From the human T2T-CHM13v2.0 reference genome, Homo sapiens, in NCBI RefSeq assembly GCF_009914755.1, contig NC_060931.1: 64,000 nucleotides of DNA. One strand, given 5' to 3'. The notes under the pieces are model-generated. The model saw nothing but the letters and a program-made list of their open reading frames with translations, had not been told where the DNA came from and searched no databases. The translations under genes and the position numbers were made by a program. Shown one piece after another: positions 18,051 to 35,185 of this stretch (positions are counted from its first letter, which is position 1; every line of letters starts with the position of its first letter).

Positions 18051-19529
18051 CAATACTAATAGTTTAATATTTCATTCTTAATTTTTCATATGCTTTGCTG
18101 CCCTATCAAGTCCTTGCAGGAAGTAGTCCATAACAATTCAATGCTGATTATTTTATTAAAATCCTTTCCTTCAGTGAAATACCCTACTTGCCTATCACGA
18201 CTAAAAGTCTCTCTTTTTCACAGGTGAAATTGTAGTTCTGATTCTGGCAAATTTAAATATTTGTTTCTTCTTCTGAGTGAATGAAAACCAAAATGTTTAA
18301 GATTGTGCTTGCTCTTTTTCTTATTGTTTCTGGCTTCTTATCCCAAGCCTTAACACTTGCTTTTCTTTCTCCTTCTCTTGACCCATATCATGTGATTAAA
18401 AAAGGGGGGTGGGGAAATGATGTTTGCTGGTCCTGAGAAAATGGAAATGTGTAATTTCAGAATCCCAGGGTTTTCTAAGGGAATGTTGTGCTAAGAGCAT
18501 GATCCAGGCTCTATTTTATAGCAGGTCAGTTATTCATCCTCTGACCCTCACCCCTCTTTCTTCTGACACTTCTTGTCCTTTGGTTTCAAAATATTACCTT
18601 AGAAAACTATAAAATAATAAATACCTAGCACTGTCCTGTTGCACAGCAGTTTCTTAAACATTGCACTCATTACTGAATTTTCCATACCGCACCTGCCAGT
18701 TCAATGAGAGATAGTCTATTTCATTGTATAATTCCTCATCTTGCAGATTTGCTTCAAAAGTCTACAAAATAGACAAGCACAGGCTTTATAAAAGTCCTTA
18801 CCTTTAGGTGCTTGGTGATGTTCAATTGACCTATGAAATTACATATTTATAATTGATCAACTGCTTATGGTTATCATGCTTTCTTTTACTTTACATTCCC
18901 AACAACTTAGCATATATAATCAGCTGAATTCCCTTTCAACAGAAGCTTTATCATTCTTGAAATAAGAAAAGAAAAAAAATCACCAAAATGATCACTTAGA
19001 ATGTCACAACTACACTTTGTACACTTTGCAGTATGTGACCTATCCTGGGAAAAGGCATATTCTTGGCAGAATGTTGCCCTGAATCATCATTTCAGAACTG
19101 TTATGCCTGGGAACCAATACTCTAAGTGTGGAATACAACTGAAGACCAGGAGAGGATGGAGAAGCATTAAGAATTAGGTTTCACCTCTGATTTCTAGGAA
19201 AGTGGTGCATTCTTATAATGAAATGTAGATATTCCCACAGTTTGATCAATAAAACAAAAATTGGTAGGAGTATGAAATATATCAAAAATCAAGGCAAAAA
19301 TGTATAAATCATCCAAGACATTCATTATTATTTAAAGCTTTTGGATACTTGGAAAACTATTTGACCTTTGTTAACTTCCATTAAAAAATTAAGGCAATGA
19401 ACTTTCATACTAAAATTTTTCCCCAAAGAAAGTGTGCACATTTTAAGTGTCTGAATACATTTTAGCTAATGCCAAAATGTTTCTATCATTTCTTTTGCAT
19501 ATATTTTACTTTTTTATTTAGAATTCTGT

Positions 19530-19532
<3 letters not shown>

Positions 19533-19564
<32 letters not shown>
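19533..19564. repeat. (CA)16 microsatellite
   Basis: Perfect CA run. Confidence 0.95.
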
Positions 19565-19566
<2 letters not shown>

Positions 19567-20134
19567 GTTGTTTTTATTTCATTTTTTTGTTTTTGTTTTT
19601 CATACAGGCTTGTTTTCAACCAGGCATAAAGGTAATAGAAAAATAGAGATTCTTTTTTAAAAAAATAGTTTGAACTAAACAAAGTTTTAGATTAGTTAAG
19701 AGACTTCTGGCTTTTTAGTCCAGTATTTTTACAAACATGCAGTTTTGCTTTCTCTTCATTCTGGTTCATTTGGGTATTATTTTTAAAAGAATGACTTTGG
19801 ACAAAATAAAAACCTGCTTAAGGTCACATAAGTTAGCATAACATGCTAATAGCTTATATTCACGTTAAAAGATACATATTCAGGTCAAGTCCTTACTGAT
19901 TTTAAGACTGAGTGACCTATGCCAAGTGGACATTTGCTGTCAGAAAAGTGTCCCTTCAGTATCTCTAGGGAGCAACGAGACTACAGGTGCTATAAGAACC
20001 TATAAATAATAATGAATGTCTTGGATGATTTACACACAATGTGACTAAAATAAAATAAGAGGTGATAGTTGAAAAATTCTAATTTGTTTTGACCTCCAAA
20101 TTTTTTATCTTAGAAAGTATGCCTCCTAACAGGC

Positions 20135-20335
20135 AGTGCTATCGAGTAAAGAACAAAACCTTTGGACTGATACTATCTGATTTCAGATTCCAGCTCCATC
20201 CTTTACCAGCTATGGATACTTGGGAAACTACTTGACCTTTGTTAACTTCCATTTCCTCATCTAAATGAGAGTAATAAACGTAGGTTCTACCTTAGGAGGT
20301 TATAGTTAGCATTTTGTAAAAGTGTTTGGTACATA
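20135..20335 (+). mobile_element. MIR
   Basis: tttggactga...attccagctccatcctttaccagct...tttcctcatctaaatgagagtaataa...ctaccttaggaggtt. Confidence 0.7.
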
Positions 20336-20819
20336 TGGAGGTGTAGTCGTATTGGCTAATGGTTTGATTAAGCAGCATACCAATTTAAAAGCATATTTTA
20401 AAGTATATCTTTCATTTGAAAGCAATATACTATGACAAGATAATAAAAATGGGAAGGAAAAACCCACAGTTTGGATTTTTCTAAAAGGAAAAAGCCATGC
20501 CCCTCACTGCCACCTTAGATAGATTCACTCACTCATTTTTTTCCTGTCTTTGGGCTTAGTCTATGGACTTTAGTGTAAGATAAGAACAGAACTCCTGCTT
20601 TCCTGAACTGTCCCAAGTAACCAGGCCCTAAACACACCTGCTTCTTCATACTGCACACTGCTATGAATATATAAAATAGCATCCTGATATGTCCTGGAGA
20701 TTCAGCCTTTATTATTTTGCAGAAAATCTCTAATTGGGCAACTTACTATCCAAAGTATTAATATCCACAAGGATCATACAATCTTATTAAAAATTATTTT
20801 ATTGATTTCTATCTTTCCA

Positions 20820-21265
20820 CCTGTGCTTGTCACCTGAGAAGCAGATGCCAGATTGGTAATTACATGTATAAAGGATTTCTTGGAGAAAACATCTGTGAGG
20901 AAAAATCACCAGGAGGGAGTTAGAAGGGATCAGGAGAATTATCAGACAAAGATGTAGGTATAATTCCCGTAAAAGAAAGAAAAAAGCAAGGAAAGTTGAG
21001 TAGGAGAAGTTGTGCAACTCTAAGACTGTTTCCACAAAGCTAATGGGGAGCACTTGAGCCAAAGCCATTCATTATTGGAATCTTATATTTCCTTAAATAA
21101 GGCCTCGCCTAGACTCCCTGTTGTATTTAATCATTGGCTATGAGCACCTGGTGGGAGGCATGGCCTCTAATCAAACATATCCCTGGATTTCCTAGTATAT
21201 CAGCTGGGCCCATCTTTCAATTATGCTCCCTTCAATGGGAGACAGAGAATACTTAATGACCACCA
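20820..21265 (-). mobile_element. LTR16-like ERVL LTR
   Basis: gagaagcagatgccaga...ctgtgaggaaaaat...atcagacaaagatgtagg...tcattggctatgagca resembles LTR16 in reverse. Confidence 0.6.
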
Positions 21266-22141
21266 AACGACCTGATGCTTGAGTCTCTTCTACACTATCT
21301 CCTCTCTGCAATGCTAGAGTTCCATCACCCCCTCTGCTGAGGTACCAGTTTAGCATTTACCCTTTGTTCCCTCTCTCTGCCTTTTAATCTATCTCAAATA
21401 ATACCCAGATCATCCCTTATGCTGTTGAATGTATCACAATAAATTCCAAAGACAACAGCAATGTTTAAATTATTTTTTGTTTAGAATTAACTATTAATCA
21501 AGAGATATAGAACATAAATAATAATTCCCAGAGCAAGCACAGTCTCCAGTTGTTATTAATCTTTGCCAAGACTGATAAATGATTGACTAATTACATGAAA
21601 TATTATAGACTCAGGAAAGCAGAGCAGAATGTTAAAACAGGGCTTAAGCAACGGTCTGCATTAATATTGTGTTTTGTTCACTTATGCTGCTTGTGATCTG
21701 ATTGTAAAAACAAATCAGCATTTAGATATTCCAAAGTTTCTCCGAACCTATAAAAAATACTGTTTAGTTGTATTTTTTATTCATTAGCGTTTATAATGTA
21801 AACAATTATTTAAAATGATAATCAATGATGATAATAAAATCATTTTCAAAACAGATTTACAGCAAAGGGCATTAGACATTATAAATCAGTGACAATAATC
21901 AATTTACCATGCTTCCAAATGTACATAGGCTAAACTTTTCTCATGAACATTTCAAAACATTCAAATTTGGTATAATTTTGTAACAAGTTATAATAATTTA
22001 TGAAAATGACAATTGGTAGTCAGCCACTTTCTAGGGAAACAAAAAGAGAAACTCAGAGCTAAGCTTAGAGTGCTTTGCAGTTAGTTTTATTAATTCCATT
22101 TGCCTAAATAAGGTAAAGATTTGCCTTTTTTTTTTCTAGAG

Positions 22142-22537
22142 TGATTTAATCAGTTCAAGCTGCTATAACAAAATACTATACATTGGGTGGCTTAAACAAC
22201 ATAAATTTATTTCTTACAGTGCTAGAGGCCGAGAAGTCCAAGATCAAAGTTCCCAAAAAGTAGGTTTTATTCTGAGATCTCTTCTCTTGGCTTGTAGGCA
22301 GGCACTGGTATCTCACTGCTCAAATGACCTCTTTGTACACACCCACAGAAAGACAGAGAGAGAACAAACTCTCTGGTGTCTCTCCTTTACAGACGCTACA
22401 TGAGGGCCCCACCCTCATGACATCATTTAACTCTAATCATCTCCCAAAGGCCCCTCTCCAAATACTGTCACATGTGTGATTAGGGCTTCAACATGTGAAT
22501 GTGGGGGTGGGGGCACACAAACATTCAGTCTATACCA
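22142..22537 (-). mobile_element. MLT1A-type solo LTR with perfect 5-bp TSD
   Basis: gctgctataacaaaatac...gggtggcttaaacaac...aacattcagtctatacca; TSD TAGAG at 22137-22141 and 22538-22542. Confidence 0.88.
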
Positions 22538-23057
22538 TAGAGGAACTGCCATAGCCTCGGATCTCAATCTGTAACACAGCACAAATTCACAACATGATCA
22601 AATGACAATATTTCCCAGGTCAATGGGAGGTACACTCTTTTCCCTCTGCAGTTGCTCTTTGCAAATTCTCCCATGGTTCCCCAGGGTTCTTTACAAAGAT
22701 CAGCGTTTCATTCCTCCTTTGTACTGAAAACTGTCTGCTAAGAGATTGGGATTTCAAGGATATTCTTTAAAGCCAGTTGATGCAATAGTGACCTCCTGTC
22801 TGTTGGTCTTGATTACTTCCAGGGCCACCATGACCAAATTGGAATCCTGGGTTACTGATTAAACCATTATAGCAAGAAGCAATGCCCCATATTTAGTACA
22901 GCATCACTGCAGTCCCAGTGCCATCTTGCTGTCACCACGGTGCTGATGTGAAGCTCTGCTGATTCTCGCAGGATTCTGTGAGTAACTCTAGTGTCAAACT
23001 CAGTCAGTAACATCCTACAGCAAAAATTACCTGAACCCCAGCTATCACAGCTTTCAT

Positions 23058-23134
23058 CCACACATGTGCAGGTGTACACATGCATGTGCATGCGTGCACA
23101 CAAGCACACGCACACACACACACACACACACACA
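23058..23134. repeat. Imperfect (CA)n/RY tract
   Basis: Alternating purine-pyrimidine tract ending in a CA run. Confidence 0.85.
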
Positions 23135-23361
23135 GCTGTTTTCTCAACAAGATGCCTAGGATGACATCACCAGGTACTTGCAAGGCAGAGCCCAAACTAC
23201 TTCTGCCCTAATACATGGCTGGTATAGAGTGTTAAGCACAAGTCCAGACTTTTCCTCCCTTATAGTGAAGCTTACCTCTGAGGTTTTATTTTGCTTCTGT
23301 ATGTCTTAGGCTCCTCCTGTTTAATCCTATAGATTTCAGTACACTTAAAATTTCAGAGAGA

Positions 23362-23675
23362 GGCTGGGCACAGTGGGATTAACTCACTGGGCACAGTGAG
23401 ACTGTAATCCCAGCACTTTGGGAGGACGAGGGAACGGATCACCTGAGGTCAGGAGTTCAAGACCAGCCTGGCCAACATGGCGAAACCCCATCTCTACTAA
23501 AAATACAAAAATTAGCCTGGTGTGGTGGCTTGCGCTGTAATCCCAGCTACTCGGGAGGCTGAGGAAGGAGATTTGCTTGCACCCAGGAGGTGAAGTTTGC
23601 AGTGAGCCAAGATTTGTGCCACTGCATTCCAGCCTGGGTGACAGAGCGAGACTTTGTTTCAAAAAAAAAAAAAAA
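23362..23675 (+). mobile_element. AluS (Sx/Sz-like) with rearranged 5' end
   Basis: Dimeric Alu with A15 tail; extra sequence in the first 40 bp. Confidence 0.92.
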
Positions 23676-23791
23676 TTCAGAATCTTTTGACAAAGTTTGT
23701 CTGATTCCACCTTCAGCCAGAAGTTTCTATTATATTCTTCATAACGAAATGAATACATTACTTATATCAACTTGATGTAAGACATATCAAC

Positions 23792-23818
23792 ATAGACAGA
23801 TAGATGATAGATATAGAT

Positions 23819-23871
<53 letters not shown>

Positions 23872-23899
23872 GATAGATAGATATAGCTAGATGATAGAT
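23792..23899. repeat. GATA tetranucleotide STR, pure core (GATA)12 at 23821-23868
   Basis: Read directly from the sequence. Confidence 0.97.
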
Positions 23900-25079
23900 G
23901 TGGGTTCTTAATTTGAAAATTTAATATGATAAAAAACACTGCATTATATGAACCAAAAAGTAATAATGACACAGCCTTATTGTAGTCCTTGATGCCCTAG
24001 AGAAGTAGCTTTGATACCCTGGACCTCTTTGCCTCTAACTCCCACATTATTGCTACATTACAAAGTTGAAATACAAATAAATAGAAATCATGACACTTCT
24101 ATTTTGATATGTGTTTTCCACCAATTTGCTTTGAATTCTTCATTCGCAGGGGAAAATTCTAAACTCACTGAGTCTTAGAATCAATAGGTCTGACTTTTTG
24201 AGAAAGCTTTCTAAGTTAAAGATACCCACAGGCAAGTATCTGAGCTCCAAAGGAATGTACTCTTCTGGCTCAAATATTGCCTTGCAATGCTTCTGCCTAG
24301 TATCTAAGGGAATAGTTCCCCTACTCAATACCAGGCACTGAAATTCCTTCATGGCCCAAAGCCCAAAAAGAAGCTGAGAGGTATGGGGTCAAAAGCAAGT
24401 GGAGATCTGGAGATGAGGCTGATGAAGCAATGCTCTGCAGGAGACCCATGCGTCTTTGTCTTTGCCCTATGGAGCATGGTCGTCAGGAAGAAGGTTCTAG
24501 GTGAAAAACTGTCCTTCAGTACTTGTCACTTAAAATTAAATGTGGCAAGTCCCACCAGGCTTTTGTTAAAAAACCTAATGATGCATTTCCATTTTCAGTT
24601 TTATTTCTTCCTCCTGAACCATTGGCATTTCTTTAACATCAATCAGGTGGAGGTTGCTGTGAACTTTCCCTGTTTGAACTCAGTCAATTCTGAATTTGTT
24701 TTCTAGGTAGTCTAATTTTATCATTAAAAACACTTTAGCTCTGAAATTAAAGCTAAGTTATATCAGGTTTCTTGGGAATCTGAAATGTATGCCATATTGG
24801 CCTCCTTAAGTTTTATTTCTTAATATGAAAATAAAATCTCACATTTTAAACTTTAAGAAGAGAGAGTACACAGGCTTTGGGAATTCAACAGCATCTAGTC
24901 ACAGCAGCAATACTTGTAGCAGCAAATTTGTAGATACAATGGCATGAAAGTTCAACTGCTTATTACTCTCATTAATCTTTACTCTTACTTTTGCTGTCTT
25001 TATGCCTCTGACTGTCTCGTTGTCCTCACTGGAGTAATGCCAAGCTAGTATCCAGTTTCAAAGTTCACATGTTGGCCTC

Positions 25080-25195
25080 ATTTCCTAAACTGTAGGCCCT
25101 TCCAGGATAGAGGCCACATCCTCTTGTCTATAGCTCTGTAGCACCTAGCATAATTCCTGGGACATTGTAGGTGATCCAAAAGTATTTAATTTTTA
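25080..25195 (+). mobile_element. L2 3' end
   Basis: ctaaactgtagg...agcacctagcataattcctgggacattgtaggtgatccaaaagtattt. Confidence 0.6.
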
Positions 25196-25564
25196 GAAAT
25201 CAATTTTAAAAGACTTGCCAAACCTCCATTTAAACTGCTTCCTGGAGGCAACAATGCAGAATTCCTGGTCCAGGTGTCAGCATTTACCTGTGACTAATCT
25301 GATAACGGTGTGCTGACCATGCCTTGGCCTTCTGCCTGGGTTGGGTACAGTGGGAGTAGGGGGACCCATGAAATCTTAGACTCCTCATGACATGCTGCAA
25401 CTGAGTATTTGAGGGGTGTAGGCATAGATGTCCCCGTTTTGATCTCCCAATGGAGAAGTATATAGCTTGTTATATTGTCATTAGGGATCTGATGTGGTCT
25501 GCCCACATTAGGGTGAAGGTATAGCTCATGTAAATGGTGAGAATTCAGTGTCATTTTGAGTAAT

Positions 25565-25740
25565 TTTAAGTAATTATGTTACTTGAACACTTAACATTTC
25601 TGAACCTTAGCTTCTTATCTGCAAAATGAGTAAAATAATATCTTCTTTTCTCTGGATTTTTATGTATCTGATGTAAAATAATACAGAAACGCTTTGCAGA
25701 TCATAAAATCCTATTCAAACATAAGATATCAGTATCACTA
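25565..25740 (+). mobile_element. MIR fragment
   Basis: cacttaacatttctgaaccttagcttcttatctgcaaaatgag. Confidence 0.6.
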
Positions 25741-27239
25741 TCTTATCTATAGTAAGCCTGTGAGTGGTAAGGCTTCTGAAATTTTCTATCAGAGACTTCA
25801 GCAAAACAGGTAACTAGGTATAAATTATGCAAGAATTTGGATAATTTTGTAGTAAATTTGGAAATAAATGCAAACTCCACCAGTTGCAGAATAAGAGCAC
25901 ATGTTAGCATTTGGGTTACATGTTGAAGTGCAAGTGAAGTAAGTACTCCCAGAAAATGAGGCAATGATAGAGACCAATATCTGAACTACCTGACTCCAGT
26001 TAAAATACCAATAACTTTTTTCAAAGAAAAACTTCTACCTTCAAAACCACAACTGCTTACCACAGGATGATATGACTTAGAAGACCATAAAATAAGAGCT
26101 GATGTTTTGTCTTTATATGCAATGAAAAATGACAGAATTGCAATGGGGGCAGCCCTAGGAATCACACCCCTCAGAAATATTCAGGAGCCCCAAATAATCA
26201 CGGATGCCACTAAAAACAGGAAATGTCCTCATATAAAAGATGCAACAGCCCCTGTGGCATCCTCAGACTCACTGATGCCCAGACGAATCCTTCCCTCATC
26301 CAGAGTCAGGCTTGCAGCAACTGCAATCAAGCCTTCTCACAACTATCCCCCACTTCCCTCTACTTCTTGCCTTTAACAAGTGTTCAACCTGTCCCCCTAC
26401 CATATGAATTGTTTTCCATGAGGATTTCTTATACTTAGATCTCTATACATAAAGATCAAGAAATTATAATTTGTAACAAAGCATACTCTGCATTCTCAAG
26501 CTTAGTTAACAGAAAACAGTATTGAAATATACATGCCATATGAAGTACTTCATTTGTGTTGACAAAGGGTAATATCATAAACTATTTAATCATAAAGAGA
26601 CTTCGCTTTTCAGGTCAAGTGCTGTGTAGTTTTTTTTTTTTTTTTTTGATATTTCTCTACTTAAAATGACAGTGGAATTACACTAACTCATCAAGACTAG
26701 AAACCTAGAAATAAAGCAAAAAGCTCCATAACTTTGTTGGAAGTTATCTTTCTGCACACTAAACAAATTACCCAAATGTTTCATTCTTTGATTACAAAAT
26801 CATTTTTCCTAAGTAAATTTTCTCTGAGTGTTAAGATGTACCTCCAACAGGAGTATCAATAAAGTGCCTAAGAATCTAGGGTTCTAGGGTTTTTATGTGT
26901 GATTAGATTTCTCTTCTTCTATGGCCTTCCTGAGCTAAAATATAGTTCAGGAGACCTGTCCTTGTTTCTGACCCAAAATTTTCTTGCATTGTGAAAGAAT
27001 AGCTCAGCTTTTCTGTTAGCCAACAATCTGCAGCTCTTTCAAGACTGCAACTCTCCCTAGGATTTTTTTCACAGGATCTGAATGCAGGTATACATTCACT
27101 CTGGCTCTTCCTTTTTCGTTATTCAGACATTCTCAAACTATATATTTTATTTTATTTTTTTTGCCAAAGGAATGAATGAACAGGTAATATAGAGAATTAT
27201 AATGAGACATGAGATCACATTCTTAAATATCTTTGTCAT

Positions 27240-27357
27240 CTAAAATAAAGACAGCAGTCTACCGCTTGTTTTGCTCACCATTGTATCTCTGGAAAATATT
27301 ATAGACTTTGGCACATAGGGAGCCCTCATTATTTATCAAATGAATGAATGAATGAAT
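27240..27357 (+). mobile_element. L2 3' end with (TGAA)n tail
   Basis: ttgttttgctcaccattgtatctc...ggcacatagg...tgaatgaatgaatgaat. Confidence 0.7.
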
Positions 27358-28324
27358 GGTATAAGAAAATGGCACGTGCTTAGGAAAAGAAAACACTCCA
27401 CCTCTTGTGATCATTTACTGCCCTTATCAGGGAACCATGAGTCACACTTTGGGTGAACTCTCCTCAATTAAGACCCCCAAGCACATCTGGGAAAAATTAA
27501 AATCTAACATTACCTTATTTTATTTATTCCAAAATGAAGTGACAGAAATAGGTTACATATACGGAAATACACAAGAAGCAACACATTATATACAGCATGT
27601 GAATATAAAGAATCTTGATATACCACCTTTCCTTAAATGCAATCCTTACCATTCATAGGCTCTGGAAAATCATAGCAATGAGAAGATTTTTTACTTCGAG
27701 CATACTCACTGATTAGCTCTGCTGCATCCCCTACTTCCAGAATGCAGGCTTGACATGCCTTCACCTGCGTGCTCTACTTAGTGGACTCCCTCAAGTGAGC
27801 CATGGGCACAATCTTAACATTGGAAGAACCATGGAAGTGTCCACATTTCTATTACTTCTTCAGTGCTACACTATTTTCTTTTGGAGGGGGAGGGACTTTC
27901 ATTCAAGCTCACTAATATGAGGATCCTGACACATAATTCAGTCCAAACACTTGCTAGAGGCACTGTATGTTTTTTTCTGATTGATGTCAGGTTCCACTGA
28001 ATTGTAAAAACAGAGAGAGCTTCCCAGTGCAGGGACAGGCATCATTGTCGATAATGGAAGATGCTCATGAGTAAACTCCTGAGAGAAAAAACACACAACA
28101 CATTTAGAGAAAGGCGAGAAACATCTTTCAGTTGGAGGTTGGGGTATTCTGTGAAAGAAGAATTGATGTGTGAACAGATAGGTTTGGGTGAGACCAATCT
28201 GCTTTTCTTTTTTTTTTCCTTGATGTAGTGAAGTCATCCCATATCAGTGTCTTTGCTGTTTCTTCTTTTTGGAATGATATTTATCTACATTATTGCATGA
28301 CTGATTTTTTATTTTACAATTACA

Positions 28325-30680
<2,356 letters not shown>

Positions 30681-30917
30681 AGTAACTGTGTGGCCACCTT
30701 ACTGATACAAGTAAAGGGCTTGTAATACCAAGGCATTTCTGGTGGACAAAACGGATCTACTGGAATTTTTTCAGCTATGGGAGAACAGAGGTCCAGAATT
30801 GGGCCTCAGAGAAATTATGTTTGTGGCAACATGCAGTCTGGAACTGAAAAGAGAGATCCTGGGTCAGAAAGACTAAAAATAAGATGTTTTAAATGTATGT
30901 GTGGCTGTGTGGGTGTT

Positions 30918-30921
<4 letters not shown>

Positions 30922-30961
<40 letters not shown>
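30922..30961. repeat. (TA)n(CA)n microsatellite
   Basis: Read directly from the sequence. Confidence 0.92.
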
Positions 30962-31859
30962 TACATGTAATTTCTATATGGTTTTGCTGATATTGCTTTA
31001 ATTTTTATTTATTTGTACAATATATTAGCTGTTTAAACTATAAACATGTTTTAAGCTAAAGTAAATCTATCCTTTAAGACCTGTTAAACTTGATAGATTA
31101 TACATATTTCCGAACTCAGCTATTAGTATTGTTCGTTGTTGCTTTTTGGTGGCTTAAGGTTATCAGCACATCTCTGTATAAATGAAGACAACTACTAACC
31201 AAAGCACCTAAGCATTTTAACCCAGACAATATAAAAAGCCTCATAATTCAGAATTTACTGTAATTATTGCAGTTAATAAATAGTAAAGGCTATTTAAAGA
31301 CTTCCTGTCTTGAGATGGTATGCCCTTGTATTCCAAAAACTTAATAAGGGATAATAATAATGATTAGGATAATGATAATCACATTAAGATCATGAAAGTA
31401 TGTTTAAAAAGCTTAAAACGAGATTCCTGCAGAGATGATAAAAAGGGTTCTCTAAGACTAAGTTGAGAATTGAATTTCCACATAGTCCAATTAATTTCAC
31501 ACAGAGGAAAGGCAAAAAAATAACGATTACATGGATCCATGCCATACTCTCAATCCTGTGTAGCAACCACAACAAATCAACAATATAATTATTCAGTACC
31601 TAATGTGTTAGATGCTGATGGTCACATACAATTTGCAAATACATGCCACTGGACAAGTAGAAAACCAGATATATCAGTGCCAACTGCAACCTCTGGCAAA
31701 TGTCAGAAGAAAAAGTCACTCTGAGCAAGATCATCTTTTTTTTTAATTCAAGAGTTGGGTGCTGTTTTTATCTCTTATGACTTCTCTATATTACTTGCAG
31801 TAAAACTTAAGGAAAAATTGTAATAATGTGTCCCCACATCTTATTTTTATCAGATGGCC

Positions 31860-32270
31860 CTCATCTGACCTCCCCTTCAATTCTGCAGAGTATATTTAAA
31901 AGGCAGATCTGATGGTAACTCTCCACTACTAATAAACAGTTAGTAGCTCTCAAGAATCAACTGAAGAAGACCAACCTTCTAAACCTTGCTTTTAACATTC
32001 TCTATTGCTAGTGCCTTGCTTAATTCTCGCTTAATAATGTATCAGTACTAACTGTTTATAGTAGAGACAATTGCTTGCCTCTACTCATGCTGCCCAAAAT
32101 GCCCACCTTGCTTATTCTACCTTCTTACTTCCTCTGTTTGCTAAATCTTACTTTATCTTCAAGATAAAGTTACACATCATCTCCTTAAGGATACCTTCCC
32201 CATATCTTGAGCCTTAGTTAACTGTCTTTAGTTGATAATTCCATGCACTCTGTGGATGCTTCTATTCCAT
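31860..32270 (+). mobile_element. Decayed L2
   Basis: ctgcagagtatatttaaaaggcagatctgat...atcttactttatcttcaaga...catcatctccttaagga. Confidence 0.5.
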
Positions 32271-32479
32271 TTACAATTGACTTCATTCATATCCAGTTAC
32301 ATCACTTTACCTAATTTCAGAATCACATCTGTCGTCACTTTATTCCAAAAGTGTATCCATTCTCACCACTTCTTTCAAATGGCTGAATGACAACAAAAAT
32401 TGATGCTAAATGTAAATCACCATTTAAATGTTGCTATGTTGCTTGACTAGGTGCAATATATAGTTGAAACTTCTGTAAT

Positions 32480-33805
<1,326 letters not shown>

Positions 33806-33808
33806 GGA

Positions 33809-33827
33809 TGTGTGGTGTGTTTGTGTA

Positions 33828-33858
<31 letters not shown>

Positions 33859-33862
33859 GTGT
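33809..33862. repeat. Imperfect (TG)n
   Basis: Read directly from the sequence. Confidence 0.9.
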
Positions 33863-33869
33863 TTCTTCT

Positions 33870-34068
33870 GAATACTTCTAAGATTTTCTCTGTTTTCTGC
33901 TTTAGCGGTTTTCCTAAAGTGTGCCTAGATCTTTTACTTTGAATTTATTCTGCTTGGGTTTCATAAGACTTCTTGAATATGTGCCTCAATGCCTTTTAAT
34001 TATTTTTGAAAATGATTGGTCAGTACTACATAAAATCTTGCTTCTGCTGATTCTGCTCTTCTCTTTTG

Positions 34069-34115
<47 letters not shown>

Positions 34116-34770
34116 TTTCTATTCTTATCTGTATTTTCCATACTTTTATTCTTTAAGCTACAGCCCGAATGTTTTCTGCTGGCCCGTCTTCTAGTTCATT
34201 AATTCTAACTCTCTTGTCTTGCCATGGTAAATACTTACATTAAGTTGTTGATATCTTACTATCCATTGTTGGATTTTTCTGTTCCAGAATTGGAATTGGA
34301 ATTTTAAAATAGATTCTATCTCTGTGGTAAAATTATTCATATATCATATATTTTCTTGAATATCTTATCATATTAACTTTAAAACCCAAGACAGATTATC
34401 ACCAAAAACTGGGTTATTTATATGTTTGTTACTATTGTCTGCTTTTCTTTCAGATATATTTCTTAGACTCAGTAATTTTTTTCAATTTCTTAAAACTATT
34501 AAAAAGTATAGATACTTTGCATGATTTATCTTTCCAGAGTAATTTTTAGTAAAGTAAAATTTATTTTTATCCTGTCTTCTCTTTGGATGCCTGAGTTAGG
34601 GACAAACATTTTTAACATCCAACCATACTGAATTGTCTTGAATGTGAGTTGGCATTTGTGTAAGCCTGGATATTCTCTTGTTCCCTCACTAAGAATCCCA
34701 ACTGAAAACTGGAATGTATATGGGATCCTCTTCCTTGTCAGGGCCTCAACAAAATTTATACATCTTCAAC
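33870..34770 (-). mobile_element. Very old L1M 5'/ORF1-region remnant, probably continuing at ~37070-37560
   Basis: tttattctgcttgggtttcataagacttcttgaat...cttctagttcattaattct...tctctgtggtaaaattattcat. Confidence 0.5.
34071..34112. repeat. (AT)21 microsatellite
   Basis: Perfect run. Confidence 0.97.
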
Positions 34771-34954
34771 ACCATGACCTAATTTAAAGAAACAAAAAGG
34801 ATTATAAGAGAATACTGTAAGTCAACAAATTTGATAACTTAGATAAAATGGTTAAATTCCTAGGAGGACACAAACTACTAAAACTGATACAAGAACAAAT
34901 ACAAAATCTGAAAAGACCTATAACTAGTAATTAGAGTAAATTAGTAATTTATTT

Positions 34955-35185
34955 TAAAATTTATTTTTTTAAATTGACAAATAACATTGTTTTTTAATTA
35001 TTTACAACATTTTTGAAGGTATATATAAATTGTGGAGTGGTTAAACCTAGCTAATTAACAAGTACATTACCTCACATAGTAATCATTTTTATGATAATAG
35101 CACACAACATTCTTTTTAGATTTTTCAAGAATACAATGCACTATCATGAATTATAGTATTCTTGCTGTACAATAGTTCTCTTGGG
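34955..35185 (-). mobile_element. L1MA-type 3' end nested in the L1M
   Basis: ttttaaattgacaaataa...tggttaaacctagctaattaaca...tacctcacatag...gctgtacaatag. Confidence 0.75.

Noticed and set aside
26107-26438. 89-aa and 71-aa ORFs near a TATAAAAG motif
   Set aside because: No homology recognised, the longer ORF starts at a non-ATG codon, and there is no supporting splice or promoter context.
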